Source of the DNA: an uncultured Bifidobacterium sp.
Lineage (GTDB): Bacteria; Actinomycetota; Acidimicrobiia; Acidimicrobiales; Acidimicrobilacustridaceae
Assembly: GCA_964454715.1 (NCBI GenBank)
Contig: CAYVUO010000002.1
Span: forward strand, 5,599-55,572
DNA length: 49,974 nucleotides
Direction of reading: 5' to 3'
Below, piece after piece: positions 27,405 to 36,855 of the stretch; positions within the stretch are counted from its first letter, which is position 1; the number at the start of each line of letters is the position of its first letter. Below the pieces are notes generated by a model. It made no database searches, was not told the origin of the DNA, and worked only from the letters and a program-made list of their open reading frames with translations. A program made the translations under genes and the position numbers.

Positions 27405-27785
27405 ATGAGCGACGGCGCGAAGTACGAGGCACTGGTGCAGGAGTTCTGCGACGCATGGGCCGAGGGCGACCACGACAAGGTGGTCGACTTCTTCACCCCA
27501 GACGGCGTGTACCACAACATCCCCGTCGATCCGATGGTCGGCCACGAAGCGATCCGCATGATGATCGACGGCTTCACCGCGGGCCTGAAGGTCAAGATCT
27601 TCCGCATCGACACGATGCTGTCGAAGGGATCGACCGTCGTCACCGAGCGCGTCGACATCTTCGAGAAGGCCGACGGTTCGACGATCGAGTTGCCCGTGCT
27701 CGGCATCTTCGAGTTCGAGGGCGACAAGATCGCCAAGTGGCGCGAGTACTTCGACCTGAATCAGTTCATGTCACAGATGGGCTGA
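27405..27785 (+). CDS. Limonene-1,2-epoxide hydrolase family (NTF2-like) protein
   Basis: YHNIP, VTERVD, LPVLGIFE and WREYFD motifs. Confidence 0.9.
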   Translation: MSDGAKYEALVQEFCDAWAEGDHDKVVDFFTPDGVYHNIPVDPMVGHEAIRMMIDGFTAGLKVKIFRIDTMLSKGSTVVTERVDIFEKADGSTIELPVLGIFEFEGDKIAKWREYFDLNQFMSQMG

Positions 27786-28580
27786 TCAGCCCGCCATGAA
27801 GTCGAGGAACTCCGGAAGCGCCGCCGGATCCTGCGCGAAGAATCCGTGGCCACCCTCGTAGATGCGCAAGGTCGCGCCCTCGATGCGTTCGGCGATGCGT
27901 TCGCTGTTCTCGGGCGGAGCGATACCGTCGTAGCGGCCGGCGGCCACGATCGTCGGGGCCGTGATGCGATGCAGGCGATCCCACACGTCGTGATGGCGTC
28001 GGGCGCCGAGTTGTTCGATCTCGCCGCGTTCGGCCTCACTTCCCGGTGCCGAGCCCGCGTTCGCAGTCATGGCCTCGACGAACATGCGATCAGCGGGGTG
28101 CTCGGCCAACCACTCGGGCGTGAACCGGGTGTCCATGATGCGCATGCCGATCTCGGCCCGCTGGCCCGCATCCATGGCCCGCAGTTCATGGAGCGGATAC
28201 GACGCGCCGCCCTCACCGCCCGGTGAGGTGCACATGAGTCCGAGCCGCTCGACGCGATCGGGCACGGTGACCGTGAACTCCTGCGCGACCATGCCGCCGA
28301 AGCTCACGCCGATGACTCGGAACCGGTCCCAACCCACGTGATCGACGAGCGCGATCGCATCGGCGGCGTAGTCGGCCATCGAATAGGGGCCGGGAGGGAT
28401 CTCGGTGAGCCCCAATCCGCGCTGGTCGTGGATGAGGACGTCGAATCGCTGTTGGTAGACCGTCAACAACGGCCGCATGCGTTCGATGGTGGAACCCGAG
28501 CCGTTGAAGAACAGCAGGGGCGGCCCCTCACCCTCTCGCTCGTAGTAGATGTCGATGCCGTTCAGCTTCGCGACGGGCAT
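27786..28580 (-). CDS. Alpha/beta hydrolase (PcaD-like)
   Basis: DQRGLG, GVSFGG nucleophile elbow, GRYD and GGH motifs. Confidence 0.9.
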   Translation of the reverse strand: MPVAKLNGIDIYYEREGEGPPLLFFNGSGSTIERMRPLLTVYQQRFDVLIHDQRGLGLTEIPPGPYSMADYAADAIALVDHVGWDRFRVIGVSFGGMVAQEFTVTVPDRVERLGLMCTSPGGEGGASYPLHELRAMDAGQRAEIGMRIMDTRFTPEWLAEHPADRMFVEAMTANAGSAPGSEAERGEIEQLGARRHHDVWDRLHRITAPTIVAAGRYDGIAPPENSERIAERIEGATLRIYEGGHGFFAQDPAALPEFLDFMAG

Positions 28581-28584
28581 GTGG

Positions 28585-29391
28585 TCACATCCTCTTCCAT
28601 GACGGCGTCCGCTTCTCGCGGAACGCCTCACCAGCCTCGGCCATGTTGCCGGTGAAGGTGCCGAGCACCTGGGTGCGATTCTCGAGTTGCATCGCCTGCC
28701 GCAGGCTCGAGGCATCGAGATTGGCCCACATGCCGACCTTCGTCATGCGGACGCCGTATTCCGAGTTCTCGACGATCTGCCCGGCCAGCTCGATCGCCGC
28801 GGGCACGAGCCCGTCAGCCGTCGTGACCCGATTGAGCAGACCGATCTCCCGGGCCTCCGCAGCGGCGAATCGACGGCCGGTGAGCATGAGTTCGGCCGCC
28901 ATCGTGGGGCCGACCAGTCGAGGCAGCCAATAGCTCGTGCCGAGATCGCAGGATGACAGGCCGACCCGGATGAAGTGCGAGGCGAAGAATGCGTCGTCGC
29001 TCGCCACGCGCAGGTCACAGTTGAGTGCGAGCGCGAGACCGCCCCCCACACATGCCCCGTGCACTGCGGCGATCACCGGCTGCGGGGCCTCATGGATGTC
29101 GAGCACCATGTCCATGAGGAGTTCCTGGTACTCGTGCACGAAACCCACCGGTCCGCGGCCGCGCGCCCGATCGGGCACACCGCCCGTGCCGGTCATGTTG
29201 GCCCCACTGCAGAAACCGCGTCCGGCCCCGGTGAGCACGATCGCCCGGACGTCCCGATCGCGCCGTGCCGCCCGGAATGCATCGTGCAATTCCTCGACGA
29301 GTCGGGCGCTGAGCGAGTTGTAGTGCTCGGGATCGTCGAGCGTGATCTGCAGCACGGAATCGGCAACCATCTCGGCGCGCACGACTGACAT
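28585..29391 (-). CDS. Enoyl-CoA hydratase/isomerase family protein
   Basis: GFCSGA, AAVHGACVGGG and CDLG..YWLPRLVG motifs. Confidence 0.9.
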   Translation of the reverse strand: MSVVRAEMVADSVLQITLDDPEHYNSLSARLVEELHDAFRAARRDRDVRAIVLTGAGRGFCSGANMTGTGGVPDRARGRGPVGFVHEYQELLMDMVLDIHEAPQPVIAAVHGACVGGGLALALNCDLRVASDDAFFASHFIRVGLSSCDLGTSYWLPRLVGPTMAAELMLTGRRFAAAEAREIGLLNRVTTADGLVPAAIELAGQIVENSEYGVRMTKVGMWANLDASSLRQAMQLENRTQVLGTFTGNMAEAGEAFREKRTPSWKRM

Positions 29392-29402
29392 CGGGTTCTC
29401 CT

Positions 29403-30197
29403 TCAGAATGGGCGGTCGCCGCGAAGCAGCACGCGCCGCATCTCACGTCGAGCCGAATAGTCGAACGTTGCGTAGTGCTGGGTGCTGCGGTTGTCCCACA
29501 ACGCGACCGTGCCGGGCGCCCACCGCAATCGCACTGCGATGTCGGGTTGGGTGAACGTGTCGCAGAGCAGCGGCAGCAACACCTCGTTCTCACGATCGGA
29601 GACATCGTCGAGCCGGACGGTGAAGTTCCGATTCACGAACAACGCCCTCCGGCCGGTCTCGGGATGTGTGCGCACGACCGGATGCTGCACCGGCGGATAG
29701 CGATCGTGCACCGGTGTGCGATGGGCCGACGACTTGGCGACCGAATGGGTGGCGGTCATGCCCTCGATGAGGCGCTGCATCCGGGACGACAGCGAGTCGT
29801 AGGCGGCGTACGCGCTCGCCCAAAGTGTGTCGCCACCCAGGGCCGGGAGCTCGACCGCTCGCAGCAACGAACCGAGGGGTGGACATTCCATGAAGGTCGC
29901 ATCGCTGTGCCAGACGTCGGCGTTCGACGTCTTGGGAGCATCACCGCCGGTCGTGATGGTGTGCAGGTGCGGCGCCTCGGGTGGACCCCCGGGTCCGAAC
30001 GGGAACTCCTCGAGCGTGCCGATGCGCGCCGCGATCGCGTGTTGGGAGAGATCGTCGAGACGCTGATCGCGGAAGAACACGACGAGGTGCTCGAGCAGCG
30101 CCGCCCTGATGGCGGCTACGTCGGCGTCGGTGGCGTCGGTCAGGTCGATGTCGGTGATCTCCACGCCGATCTGCGGCGTGAGTGGCTCGAGTCGCAT
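29403..30197 (-). CDS. TauD/TfdA-family Fe(II)/2-oxoglutarate dioxygenase
   Basis: WHSDAT (HxD), GGDT, HPVVRTHPETG and WDNRSTQH motifs. Confidence 0.93.
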   Translation of the reverse strand: MRLEPLTPQIGVEITDIDLTDATDADVAAIRAALLEHLVVFFRDQRLDDLSQHAIAARIGTLEEFPFGPGGPPEAPHLHTITTGGDAPKTSNADVWHSDATFMECPPLGSLLRAVELPALGGDTLWASAYAAYDSLSSRMQRLIEGMTATHSVAKSSAHRTPVHDRYPPVQHPVVRTHPETGRRALFVNRNFTVRLDDVSDRENEVLLPLLCDTFTQPDIAVRLRWAPGTVALWDNRSTQHYATFDYSARREMRRVLLRGDRPF

Positions 30198-30238
30198 GCA
30201 TTCCCCCTCGGTCCGTCAGTCCACCACATCGCCGAGCG

Positions 30239-31045
30239 ATGCGCGGCCCTACCATCGACGTCGTGGACCACCTGTCGGTGCTGAGTGCAGCCCTCCTCGC
30301 CCTCGTGGCCCTCCTCGCCGGAGCGATCAACGCGATCGCCGGTGGCGGTTCATTGCTCACGTTCCCCGCCCTGCTCGCCGCCGGCCTCTCACCCGTCAGC
30401 GCCAACGTGACCAACACGGTGTCGCTGGTGCCCGGCTACATGGGCGGCATCGCCGGTTTCCGTCACGACCTCCCATCGCAGGGGCAGCGAGTGCGAATGC
30501 TGCTCCCGGCGGCATTCGCGGGATCACTGCTCGGCGCGATCGTGCTGCTCACCACATCGGCTGCGGTGTTCAAGCACATCGTGCCGGTGCTCGTGCTCAT
30601 CGCAGCGATCGTCCTGCTCCTCCAGCCGATGCTCCAGAAGCGCCTCGGTCGACTGCACCCGGAGACGGGCGAGCCGCTCGTGCGCGAGAACGACACCGCG
30701 ACCGTCATCGCCGTGTTCCTCGCCGCCGTGTACGGCGGCTACTTCGGCGCGGTGCTCGGCATCATCCTGCTCGCCGTGCTCGGCACCTTCCTCCCTGACG
30801 ACCTGCACCGCCTCAACGCCCTGAAGAGCGTGCTGCAGTTCGCGACGAACATCATCGCCGTGGTCGTGTTCGCGATCTTCGGTCCCGTGCAGTGGTTGGT
30901 GGTGCTGCTCATGGCGCCCATGAGCCTGGCCGGCGGATGGCTGGGCTCACGACTGTCGCGTCGGGTCCACCCGAAGGTGCTGCGCGCCGTGATCGGTGTC
31001 TACGGCGTGGGCGCTGCGATCATCCTCGCCATCACCCTCAGGTGA
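30239..31045 (+). CDS. TauE/SafE-family sulfite exporter
   Basis: AINAIAGGGSL and YGGYFGA motifs, about 8 TM helices; start may instead be GTG 30263. Confidence 0.9.
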   Translation: MRGPTIDVVDHLSVLSAALLALVALLAGAINAIAGGGSLLTFPALLAAGLSPVSANVTNTVSLVPGYMGGIAGFRHDLPSQGQRVRMLLPAAFAGSLLGAIVLLTTSAAVFKHIVPVLVLIAAIVLLLQPMLQKRLGRLHPETGEPLVRENDTATVIAVFLAAVYGGYFGAVLGIILLAVLGTFLPDDLHRLNALKSVLQFATNIIAVVVFAIFGPVQWLVVLLMAPMSLAGGWLGSRLSRRVHPKVLRAVIGVYGVGAAIILAITLR

Positions 31046-31057
31046 TGTGAGCGACGT

Positions 31058-31621
31058 TCAGCCGATGCCGAGCGAGATGTACGCGGGGTTCTGCGAGTCG
31101 GAGGCCTGATACGGCTTCTTCGTGGCGAAACCGAGCACCACGATGGTCGAACCGTTGGAGCCGTTCGCGATGTTGATCGACTTCACGTAGTCGAGGTTGA
31201 CCGGGAGCACGGTGCTCGGCGGCTTGGCCGCACCCGCCCAAGCCGCGTTCTGGATGGTGATCACCAGGTTCGCGGGCTGACCCGTATTGATGGCATTGCC
31301 GTTGGCATCGTTGATCGCTCCGTCGGCATACGCCGCCGTCCAGGACGTGACGCCCTTCGACATCGTGATCTGGATGTTGTCGACGCAGCCCTGCTTCGAG
31401 GTGGTGATGCCCGTGGCGGTGGCGCCGCTCACACTGGTCGAACCTCCACTCGACTGACCGAGCGTGCCGGAGAAGGCGGTGCAGGCCTTGTCGGTGGCAC
31501 CGGAGCCCGAACTCGCGGTCGTCGACGTGGACGAGCCGTTCGACGAACTCGAGCACGCCGAGAGGGCGAGTGCGATGACGACCACGGCGGTCGAGGCGGT
31601 GAGGGCGAGACGATTCTTCAC
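31058..31621 (-). CDS. Lipoprotein with AMIN-like beta domain
   Basis: GTG with GAGGAG SD; lipobox LSAC; Ser/Thr linker; two Cys; beta-rich C-terminus. Confidence 0.75.
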   Translation of the reverse strand: MKNRLALTASTAVVVIALALSACSSSSNGSSTSTTASSGSGATDKACTAFSGTLGQSSGGSTSVSGATATGITTSKQGCVDNIQITMSKGVTSWTAAYADGAINDANGNAINTGQPANLVITIQNAAWAGAAKPPSTVLPVNLDYVKSINIANGSNGSTIVVLGFATKKPYQASDSQNPAYISLGIG

Positions 31622-31747
31622 AGTGCTCCTCGGAAGGGGGGATCCGACGGGCAGAGTAGGCCACGGTGGGTGACAGCGGGAGCCACCGGAACCGATTCCG
31701 TATGCTGACGGGCCGAGCGACCGATCCGGTCGCATGAGGGGGGAACC

Positions 31748-32551
31748 ATGGGACGCTTCGATGGACGAGTGGTGATCGTGACCGGTGCCGCGCGCGGTCA
31801 GGGCGAGGCCGAAGCCCGCCTGTTCGCATCGGAGGGCGCGAAGGTCGTGCTCGCCGACGTGCTCGATGCGGAGGGCACTGCAGTCGCTTCCGACATCGGT
31901 GCCGCCGCTCGTTACGTGCATCTCGATGTGAGCGACGAGAGCGAATGGAACGCCGCGATCGCCGAGACGAAGTCGTTCGGTGGGGGCCGCCTCGACGTGC
32001 TCGTCAACAACGCAGCAGTCATCCGCCCTGCGTCGATCGAGGACACGTCACTCGCCGACTACATGGGCGTCATCAACATCAATCAGGTCGGATGCTTCCT
32101 CGGCATGCGCGCTGCGATGCCACTGATGCGCGAGACCGGTGGTGGTTCCATCGTCAACATCTCGTCGATCGACGGCATGGGTTCGAAGAACGGACTCATC
32201 TCGTACACCGCATCGAAGTTCGCGATCCGCGGCATGACCAAGACGGCAGCCATGGAGTGGGGTCAGTACGGCATCCGCGTGAACTCGATCCATCCCGGTG
32301 GTGTCAACACGATCATGGGCAATCCGATCAACCACCCGTCGCTCGAGACCCAGCCCTACCAGTTGCAGGCGATCCAGCGCATCGGTTACCCGAACGAGAT
32401 CGCCGCCGCTGTTGCGTTCCTCGCCAGCCCCGATGCCAGTTACATCACGGGCACCGAGCTCGTCGTCGACGGTGGATGGCTCGCTGGCCGCCTCGAGCCC
32501 GGTCTTCCGGGTTCGAACCTCATGATCGAAGGCTTTGGGTACAACGGATGA
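31748..32551 (+). CDS. SDR oxidoreductase (3-alpha/20-beta-hydroxysteroid dehydrogenase-like)
   Basis: TGAARGQG, NNA, YTASK and RVNSIHPG motifs. Confidence 0.93.
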   Translation: MGRFDGRVVIVTGAARGQGEAEARLFASEGAKVVLADVLDAEGTAVASDIGAAARYVHLDVSDESEWNAAIAETKSFGGGRLDVLVNNAAVIRPASIEDTSLADYMGVININQVGCFLGMRAAMPLMRETGGGSIVNISSIDGMGSKNGLISYTASKFAIRGMTKTAAMEWGQYGIRVNSIHPGGVNTIMGNPINHPSLETQPYQLQAIQRIGYPNEIAAAVAFLASPDASYITGTELVVDGGWLAGRLEPGLPGSNLMIEGFGYNG

Positions 32552-33210
32552 CCGACGCCCCGCATCCCTGGAGCGAGGTCGGTTGGGAACTGGGCGACGA
32601 ACCCGGCACGATCGAACTGGCATCGTCGACGCGCAGTCTCATCGCGGCGATCCGTCGTGCCGACGCCCCGAGTGACGACCTGGCGCGCGCTCGTGCGCTC
32701 GTCGAGGAGGCAACGGCGTTGCTCGCGCCGCATCTCGTCACCCGACTGCCGATGCAGGGACGGCGGGGTGAGCGCGGCCCCGGCAGCGGTACCTCGGGTC
32801 TGCAACCCACCGAGTTCTTCCCGTGGTCGCCCGTATTGGGACCGCTCAATCCCCTCTCGCCACCGATCGACATCGCGTTCGATGGTGAGCGCATCCACGG
32901 AACGATGACGTTGCAGGCGCCCTACAACGGGCCTCCCGGGATGGTGCACGGCGGCATCATCGCGCTCGTGTTCGACGAGATCCTCGGAGCGTGCAACGTC
33001 TGCCACGGACTCGGTGCGTTCACCGGCACACTGAGCGTGCGCTACGAGAAGCCGACCCTCATCGACACGCCCCATGAGCTCGAGTCATGGCTCGATCGGG
33101 TCGAGGGGCGCAAGGTGTTCACCAAGGGAGTCATCCGCCGCGATGGTGAGATCACGGCGAGCGCCGAGGGCATCTTCATCCGCACGCCCGAATGGTCGTC
33201 GCCGAAGTGA
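32548..33210 (+). CDS. PaaI-family thioesterase
   Basis: GPLNP and GPPGMVHGG..ALVFDE motifs; ATGA overlap with the SDR. Confidence 0.88.
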   Translation: MTDAPHPWSEVGWELGDEPGTIELASSTRSLIAAIRRADAPSDDLARARALVEEATALLAPHLVTRLPMQGRRGERGPGSGTSGLQPTEFFPWSPVLGPLNPLSPPIDIAFDGERIHGTMTLQAPYNGPPGMVHGGIIALVFDEILGACNVCHGLGAFTGTLSVRYEKPTLIDTPHELESWLDRVEGRKVFTKGVIRRDGEITASAEGIFIRTPEWSSPK

Positions 33211-33237
33211 CCGCCCCGGTCGGTCGATCGCCGATCG

Positions 33238-33654
33238 ATGGGCAAGACTGATCCGGTGACCGAACGCAACGTCCTCGGAGGACCGCTCGAACCCTGTGGC
33301 ACCGACCCCGTCACCGGGTACTACCGCGACGGCTGCTGCTCATCGGGCAAGGAGGACGCCGGCCTCCACACGATCTGCGCGGTGATGACCGACGAGTTCC
33401 TCGAGCACCAGCGGTCGATCGGCAACGATCTCTCGACGCCGATGCCCCAGTACCGGTTCCCGGGGCTGGTGCCCGGTGATCGCTGGTGCGTGACCGCGCT
33501 CAACTGGGCTCGCGCCTATCGCGATGGCGTCGCCGCGCCGGTCGTGCTCGCGTCGACCAATGAACGCACGCTCGAGGTCATCCCGCTCGATGCCCTGCAG
33601 GAGCATGCCGTCGACGTCCCCGGCGACCTCAGTGGACTCTTCGACACCGACTGA
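33238..33654 (+). CDS. DUF2237 family protein
   Basis: NVLGGPLEPC..DPVTGYYRDGCC, GNDLSTP and PGDRWC motifs; start may be GTG 33256. Confidence 0.9.
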   Translation: MGKTDPVTERNVLGGPLEPCGTDPVTGYYRDGCCSSGKEDAGLHTICAVMTDEFLEHQRSIGNDLSTPMPQYRFPGLVPGDRWCVTALNWARAYRDGVAAPVVLASTNERTLEVIPLDALQEHAVDVPGDLSGLFDTD

Positions 33655-35299
33655 GGGGACCCGAGAGGTCGACGTCGATCGCCGCCCGTGGCGAACGATC
33701 GCGCAGTTCACGGGCTCGGGCGCGCTCCTGGCTCCGCTCATCGTGCTGCTCGTACAGCAGTTCACCCAACTCGGTTGGGGTGCGTCGTCGAGTGCGCCCG
33801 AGCGATGGGCGATCCCCTGCTGCGACTACGCAGCGCTCGAACTCGGCACGCGCGCCTATGTGAGCGGTGAGCAATGGATGGGGCTGTATTCACGCCAGGG
33901 CTGGCGTCACCCCGGCCCGGCGCCATTCCTGTGGGATGCCATGTTCCGCATCCTCCCCGGTCATGCCTTCGCGGAGCATCAGGTCGCTGCGGTCGCACTC
34001 GCCATCGTCGCCGTCGGCGCACTCGTTCTGTTCGCGTGGCGCCACACCTCGACGGTCGCAGCGCTCGTGGGACTCTGCGTCGTTGCGGCGTGGATGCTGC
34101 GGTTCGACATCGGCATGCTGCGCGAACCATGGAACCCGATCTCGTCGATGTTGTGGGTGGGGATCTTCGTGGTGTGCGCAGCGACGTTCGCCTCCACACC
34201 GCGTTCCCGACGTTCGGGATGGGCGATCGTCGGCGCTGCGATCTCCGGTTCGATGGCCGTGCAGGCCCATCTCGGCGCTGCGCCGATCGTCGTCATCGGC
34301 GTGATCATGATCGCCGTCGGCGCGTGGCGAGCCCGCGACGCGCGCCCCGTGCAGCGTGGCGCGCTCTACGCCTGCCTCGCCCTACTCGTCCTCTGGGCCC
34401 TTCCCCTACTCGACCTCGCGTTCGGCGATCACGGGCTGTGGCGCATCGTCACCGTCGACGACGATCCCTCGAACACGGGGTTCTCGTGGGGTGACGCCAT
34501 GCGCACGATGGTGCAGGCGATCGGTCTCGGGCCCGCACGCCAAGGAGTGGCCCTCGGCCCCGCCAGCCCCTTCCTCCCCACCGCTTCGCTCACCATCGGT
34601 CAGGTCGTCGCAGCGATCGCCGGGGTCGCACTGGGAATCCGCGTGCTCATGACCCGACAACGCCATCGCCGCCTGGCGTTCGCGACCGCCCTCGCACTGG
34701 TCGGACTCGTCGTCACCACTGCGATGGTCGGTCTCGCCGGCAGCCAGTACTACCCATATCTCCTGCTCCCCGTCGTGATGTGCGGACCGATCGTGTGGAT
34801 GTGCGGCGCGATCGCGCTCACGACCGATCTGCTCCGGCACCTGCGCGCCGTGTGGCGATCGATCGTGAGCGGAGTGGTCGCCGTCGCGCTCATCGCCTTT
34901 GCCATCGTGGGCATCGGCTCGCTGCCGTCCGACACATTGCTCGATCGCTATCTGTCACCCGACCTCGCGTCACTCGAACGCTCGGTGCTCGATCGCTGTG
35001 AGAGCGTCCCCACCCATCCGATCGTGTGGGTGCAGCCCGGCGTCGACTGGACGATCGCACTCCCCCTCATCGCCACGATCGACCGCTGCGCCACGGTCAA
35101 GGTGCGCACATGGGAATCGTTCCTCGCGGGTGAGCCCTATCGGGCTCCGTCAGATGTCGAGCGGGACAACATGTGGATCCTTCCCGTCGACGCACTCAAC
35201 GTCGGAGCCCGCGTGATCGCGTCGGATGGCCGACTGATGGTCCTCGTCGACCCGACCGTCGAATCGGTCGGACATCTCACTGGTGGGAGTGCGAGCTGA
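33605..35299 (+). CDS. Multi-pass membrane protein, possibly a GT-C-fold glycosyltransferase
   Basis: Ten or more TM segments; DYAALEL after TM1, YSRQGWRHPGP, PWNP and QAH motifs; start uncertain (33590, 33605 or 33632). Confidence 0.65.
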   Translation: MPSTSPATSVDSSTPTEGTREVDVDRRPWRTIAQFTGSGALLAPLIVLLVQQFTQLGWGASSSAPERWAIPCCDYAALELGTRAYVSGEQWMGLYSRQGWRHPGPAPFLWDAMFRILPGHAFAEHQVAAVALAIVAVGALVLFAWRHTSTVAALVGLCVVAAWMLRFDIGMLREPWNPISSMLWVGIFVVCAATFASTPRSRRSGWAIVGAAISGSMAVQAHLGAAPIVVIGVIMIAVGAWRARDARPVQRGALYACLALLVLWALPLLDLAFGDHGLWRIVTVDDDPSNTGFSWGDAMRTMVQAIGLGPARQGVALGPASPFLPTASLTIGQVVAAIAGVALGIRVLMTRQRHRRLAFATALALVGLVVTTAMVGLAGSQYYPYLLLPVVMCGPIVWMCGAIALTTDLLRHLRAVWRSIVSGVVAVALIAFAIVGIGSLPSDTLLDRYLSPDLASLERSVLDRCESVPTHPIVWVQPGVDWTIALPLIATIDRCATVKVRTWESFLAGEPYRAPSDVERDNMWILPVDALNVGARVIASDGRLMVLVDPTVESVGHLTGGSAS

Positions 35300-36851
35300 C
35301 CACACGCCGGGCGCGACGCACGACCTTCAGCAAGACGAACCCCACCGTTGCGATGACCATCAGGATCGTGAAGACCACGACGGCGATGACCCATGCGATG
35401 AATCGCTTGGTGCGCGTCGGAGTGGAATTGCGTTGGATGTGATCGGCCGAGACGATCACGACGTTGGACAGCGTCGCCGACGAGCCAGTCATCGAGGGCG
35501 ACTGCTCGGTAGCGCCCTCGAGCGCGAGCGACAGTGTGTGCTCCCCCGATCCCAAGTCGTAGAGGATCACGAACTCGCCGCCGGGGCCGTTGCCATCGTC
35601 TGCGCCCGCCATCCATCGCTCGCGCCCATCGACGAAGACATGCGCCGTCGATGCCCCGGTGACCGATGCATCGAACGTGAGCCAGAGCGAATCTTCGTCG
35701 GTGCGGAAGGTCATCCCATCGACGGGCTGGGTGGAACCGTCACCCGAGACAGTCACCGTCTCGAGGTCGGTGGCCGAGACCCGATAGTCGGTGCCGACGT
35801 TCGAGGCAGTCGGCGTGCTCGTCGGCTGCAGCGTCAACGGCTGGTCGATCGCGACCTGGGTCCATTCGGTGGCCAGCGATGCGTCGGATGCGCCCGTCAA
35901 TGGTGACCACCAGTAGCCGACACCCGAACCGGGGGTCGATGCCGATTGTGCGTACCAGCCGATCGGGAATCCGTGCTTCTCGACTCCGGTGTCGGTCGAC
36001 GGTGGGAGCAGACGGACGTCGACGACCTGGCCGAGACCGGGATACTGCGCGTAGGGCTCACCGACCAACGACACGTAGTTGTCGACGAACGTCTGATTCG
36101 CGCCACGACCGATGTCGAGACGCGTGAGCTTGTAGCGAAGATCGTTCTTCGCCCCGCCCAACTGAGCGAGTGATACCTCGGGCGAATCGAACAATGTGAG
36201 CTGACGCGGCTCTTCGGCGACCGACAATGCGGCCGTCGTCGCTACGTTCGCGCCGAAGCTGTGGCCGATCAGATGCAGTTGGCCACCCGCGGCACCGAAT
36301 CCCGGAGCGAGCGCCTGATCGATGGCCATCGCCATCCGATGACCGTTCACCTCGGTGGCCTTCTCCGGTGCGAACGCAGCGAACAGATCCGCATCTGTGG
36401 CCGACTGGTCGACCCAACTGAACATCATCACCGCCGCGCTCGGGTCGGCTGCCTGCAACGACGCCGCGAGACCTGCGAACAAGGTTGCGGCCTGTTGCCC
36501 ATCGGCGTCGACGAGTGCGGGATCCCACATCGTCACCAACGTCGAGGTGCCCGCTTGCACCGACAGGTACTCGTCCTGCAGTCCCGCCGCCCAGCCATGC
36601 GTCATCACGATCACATGTCCGCCCGCGATCGAACCCGCAGTCACCGGTGCGAACGTCGTGCCGTTCCAGCGCCCGAGCCGTGAGAGAACCGAGTACGGAC
36701 TCACGTTCGTCTGTTCGGTGACCGGCACACCAGCCGGTGCCGGATGCTCGGTGAGTGCGGGCGACACGGGAACCACCACCCATGCACAACCGCCGAGGGT
36801 GAGGACCAGCGCGAGCAGGGCGGACAGAGGGAGCAGGCGCGCACTGCGCAT
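35277..36851 (-). CDS. Secreted, membrane-anchored alpha/beta hydrolase (lipase-like)
   Basis: Signal peptide with LGGC; THGW oxyanion motif, GHSFG, LFDSP; C-terminal TM helix with basic tail. Confidence 0.75.
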   Translation of the reverse strand: MRSARLLPLSALLALVLTLGGCAWVVVPVSPALTEHPAPAGVPVTEQTNVSPYSVLSRLGRWNGTTFAPVTAGSIAGGHVIVMTHGWAAGLQDEYLSVQAGTSTLVTMWDPALVDADGQQAATLFAGLAASLQAADPSAAVMMFSWVDQSATDADLFAAFAPEKATEVNGHRMAMAIDQALAPGFGAAGGQLHLIGHSFGANVATTAALSVAEEPRQLTLFDSPEVSLAQLGGAKNDLRYKLTRLDIGRGANQTFVDNYVSLVGEPYAQYPGLGQVVDVRLLPPSTDTGVEKHGFPIGWYAQSASTPGSGVGYWWSPLTGASDASLATEWTQVAIDQPLTLQPTSTPTASNVGTDYRVSATDLETVTVSGDGSTQPVDGMTFRTDEDSLWLTFDASVTGASTAHVFVDGRERWMAGADDGNGPGGEFVILYDLGSGEHTLSLALEGATEQSPSMTGSSATLSNVVIVSADHIQRNSTPTRTKRFIAWVIAVVVFTILMVIATVGFVLLKVVRRARRVVSSHSHQ

Positions 36852-36855
36852 TCGA

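Noticed and set aside
31717-31733. Hairpin GCGACCG-ATC-CGGTCGC in the SDR leader as a riboswitch
   Set aside because: Too short, does not cover the SD and shows no aptamer consensus.
31945-33210. 421-aa ORF suggesting an SDR-thioesterase fusion or frameshift
   Set aside because: The real start is ATG 32548 in an ordinary ATGA overlap; the upstream part is an off-frame extension.
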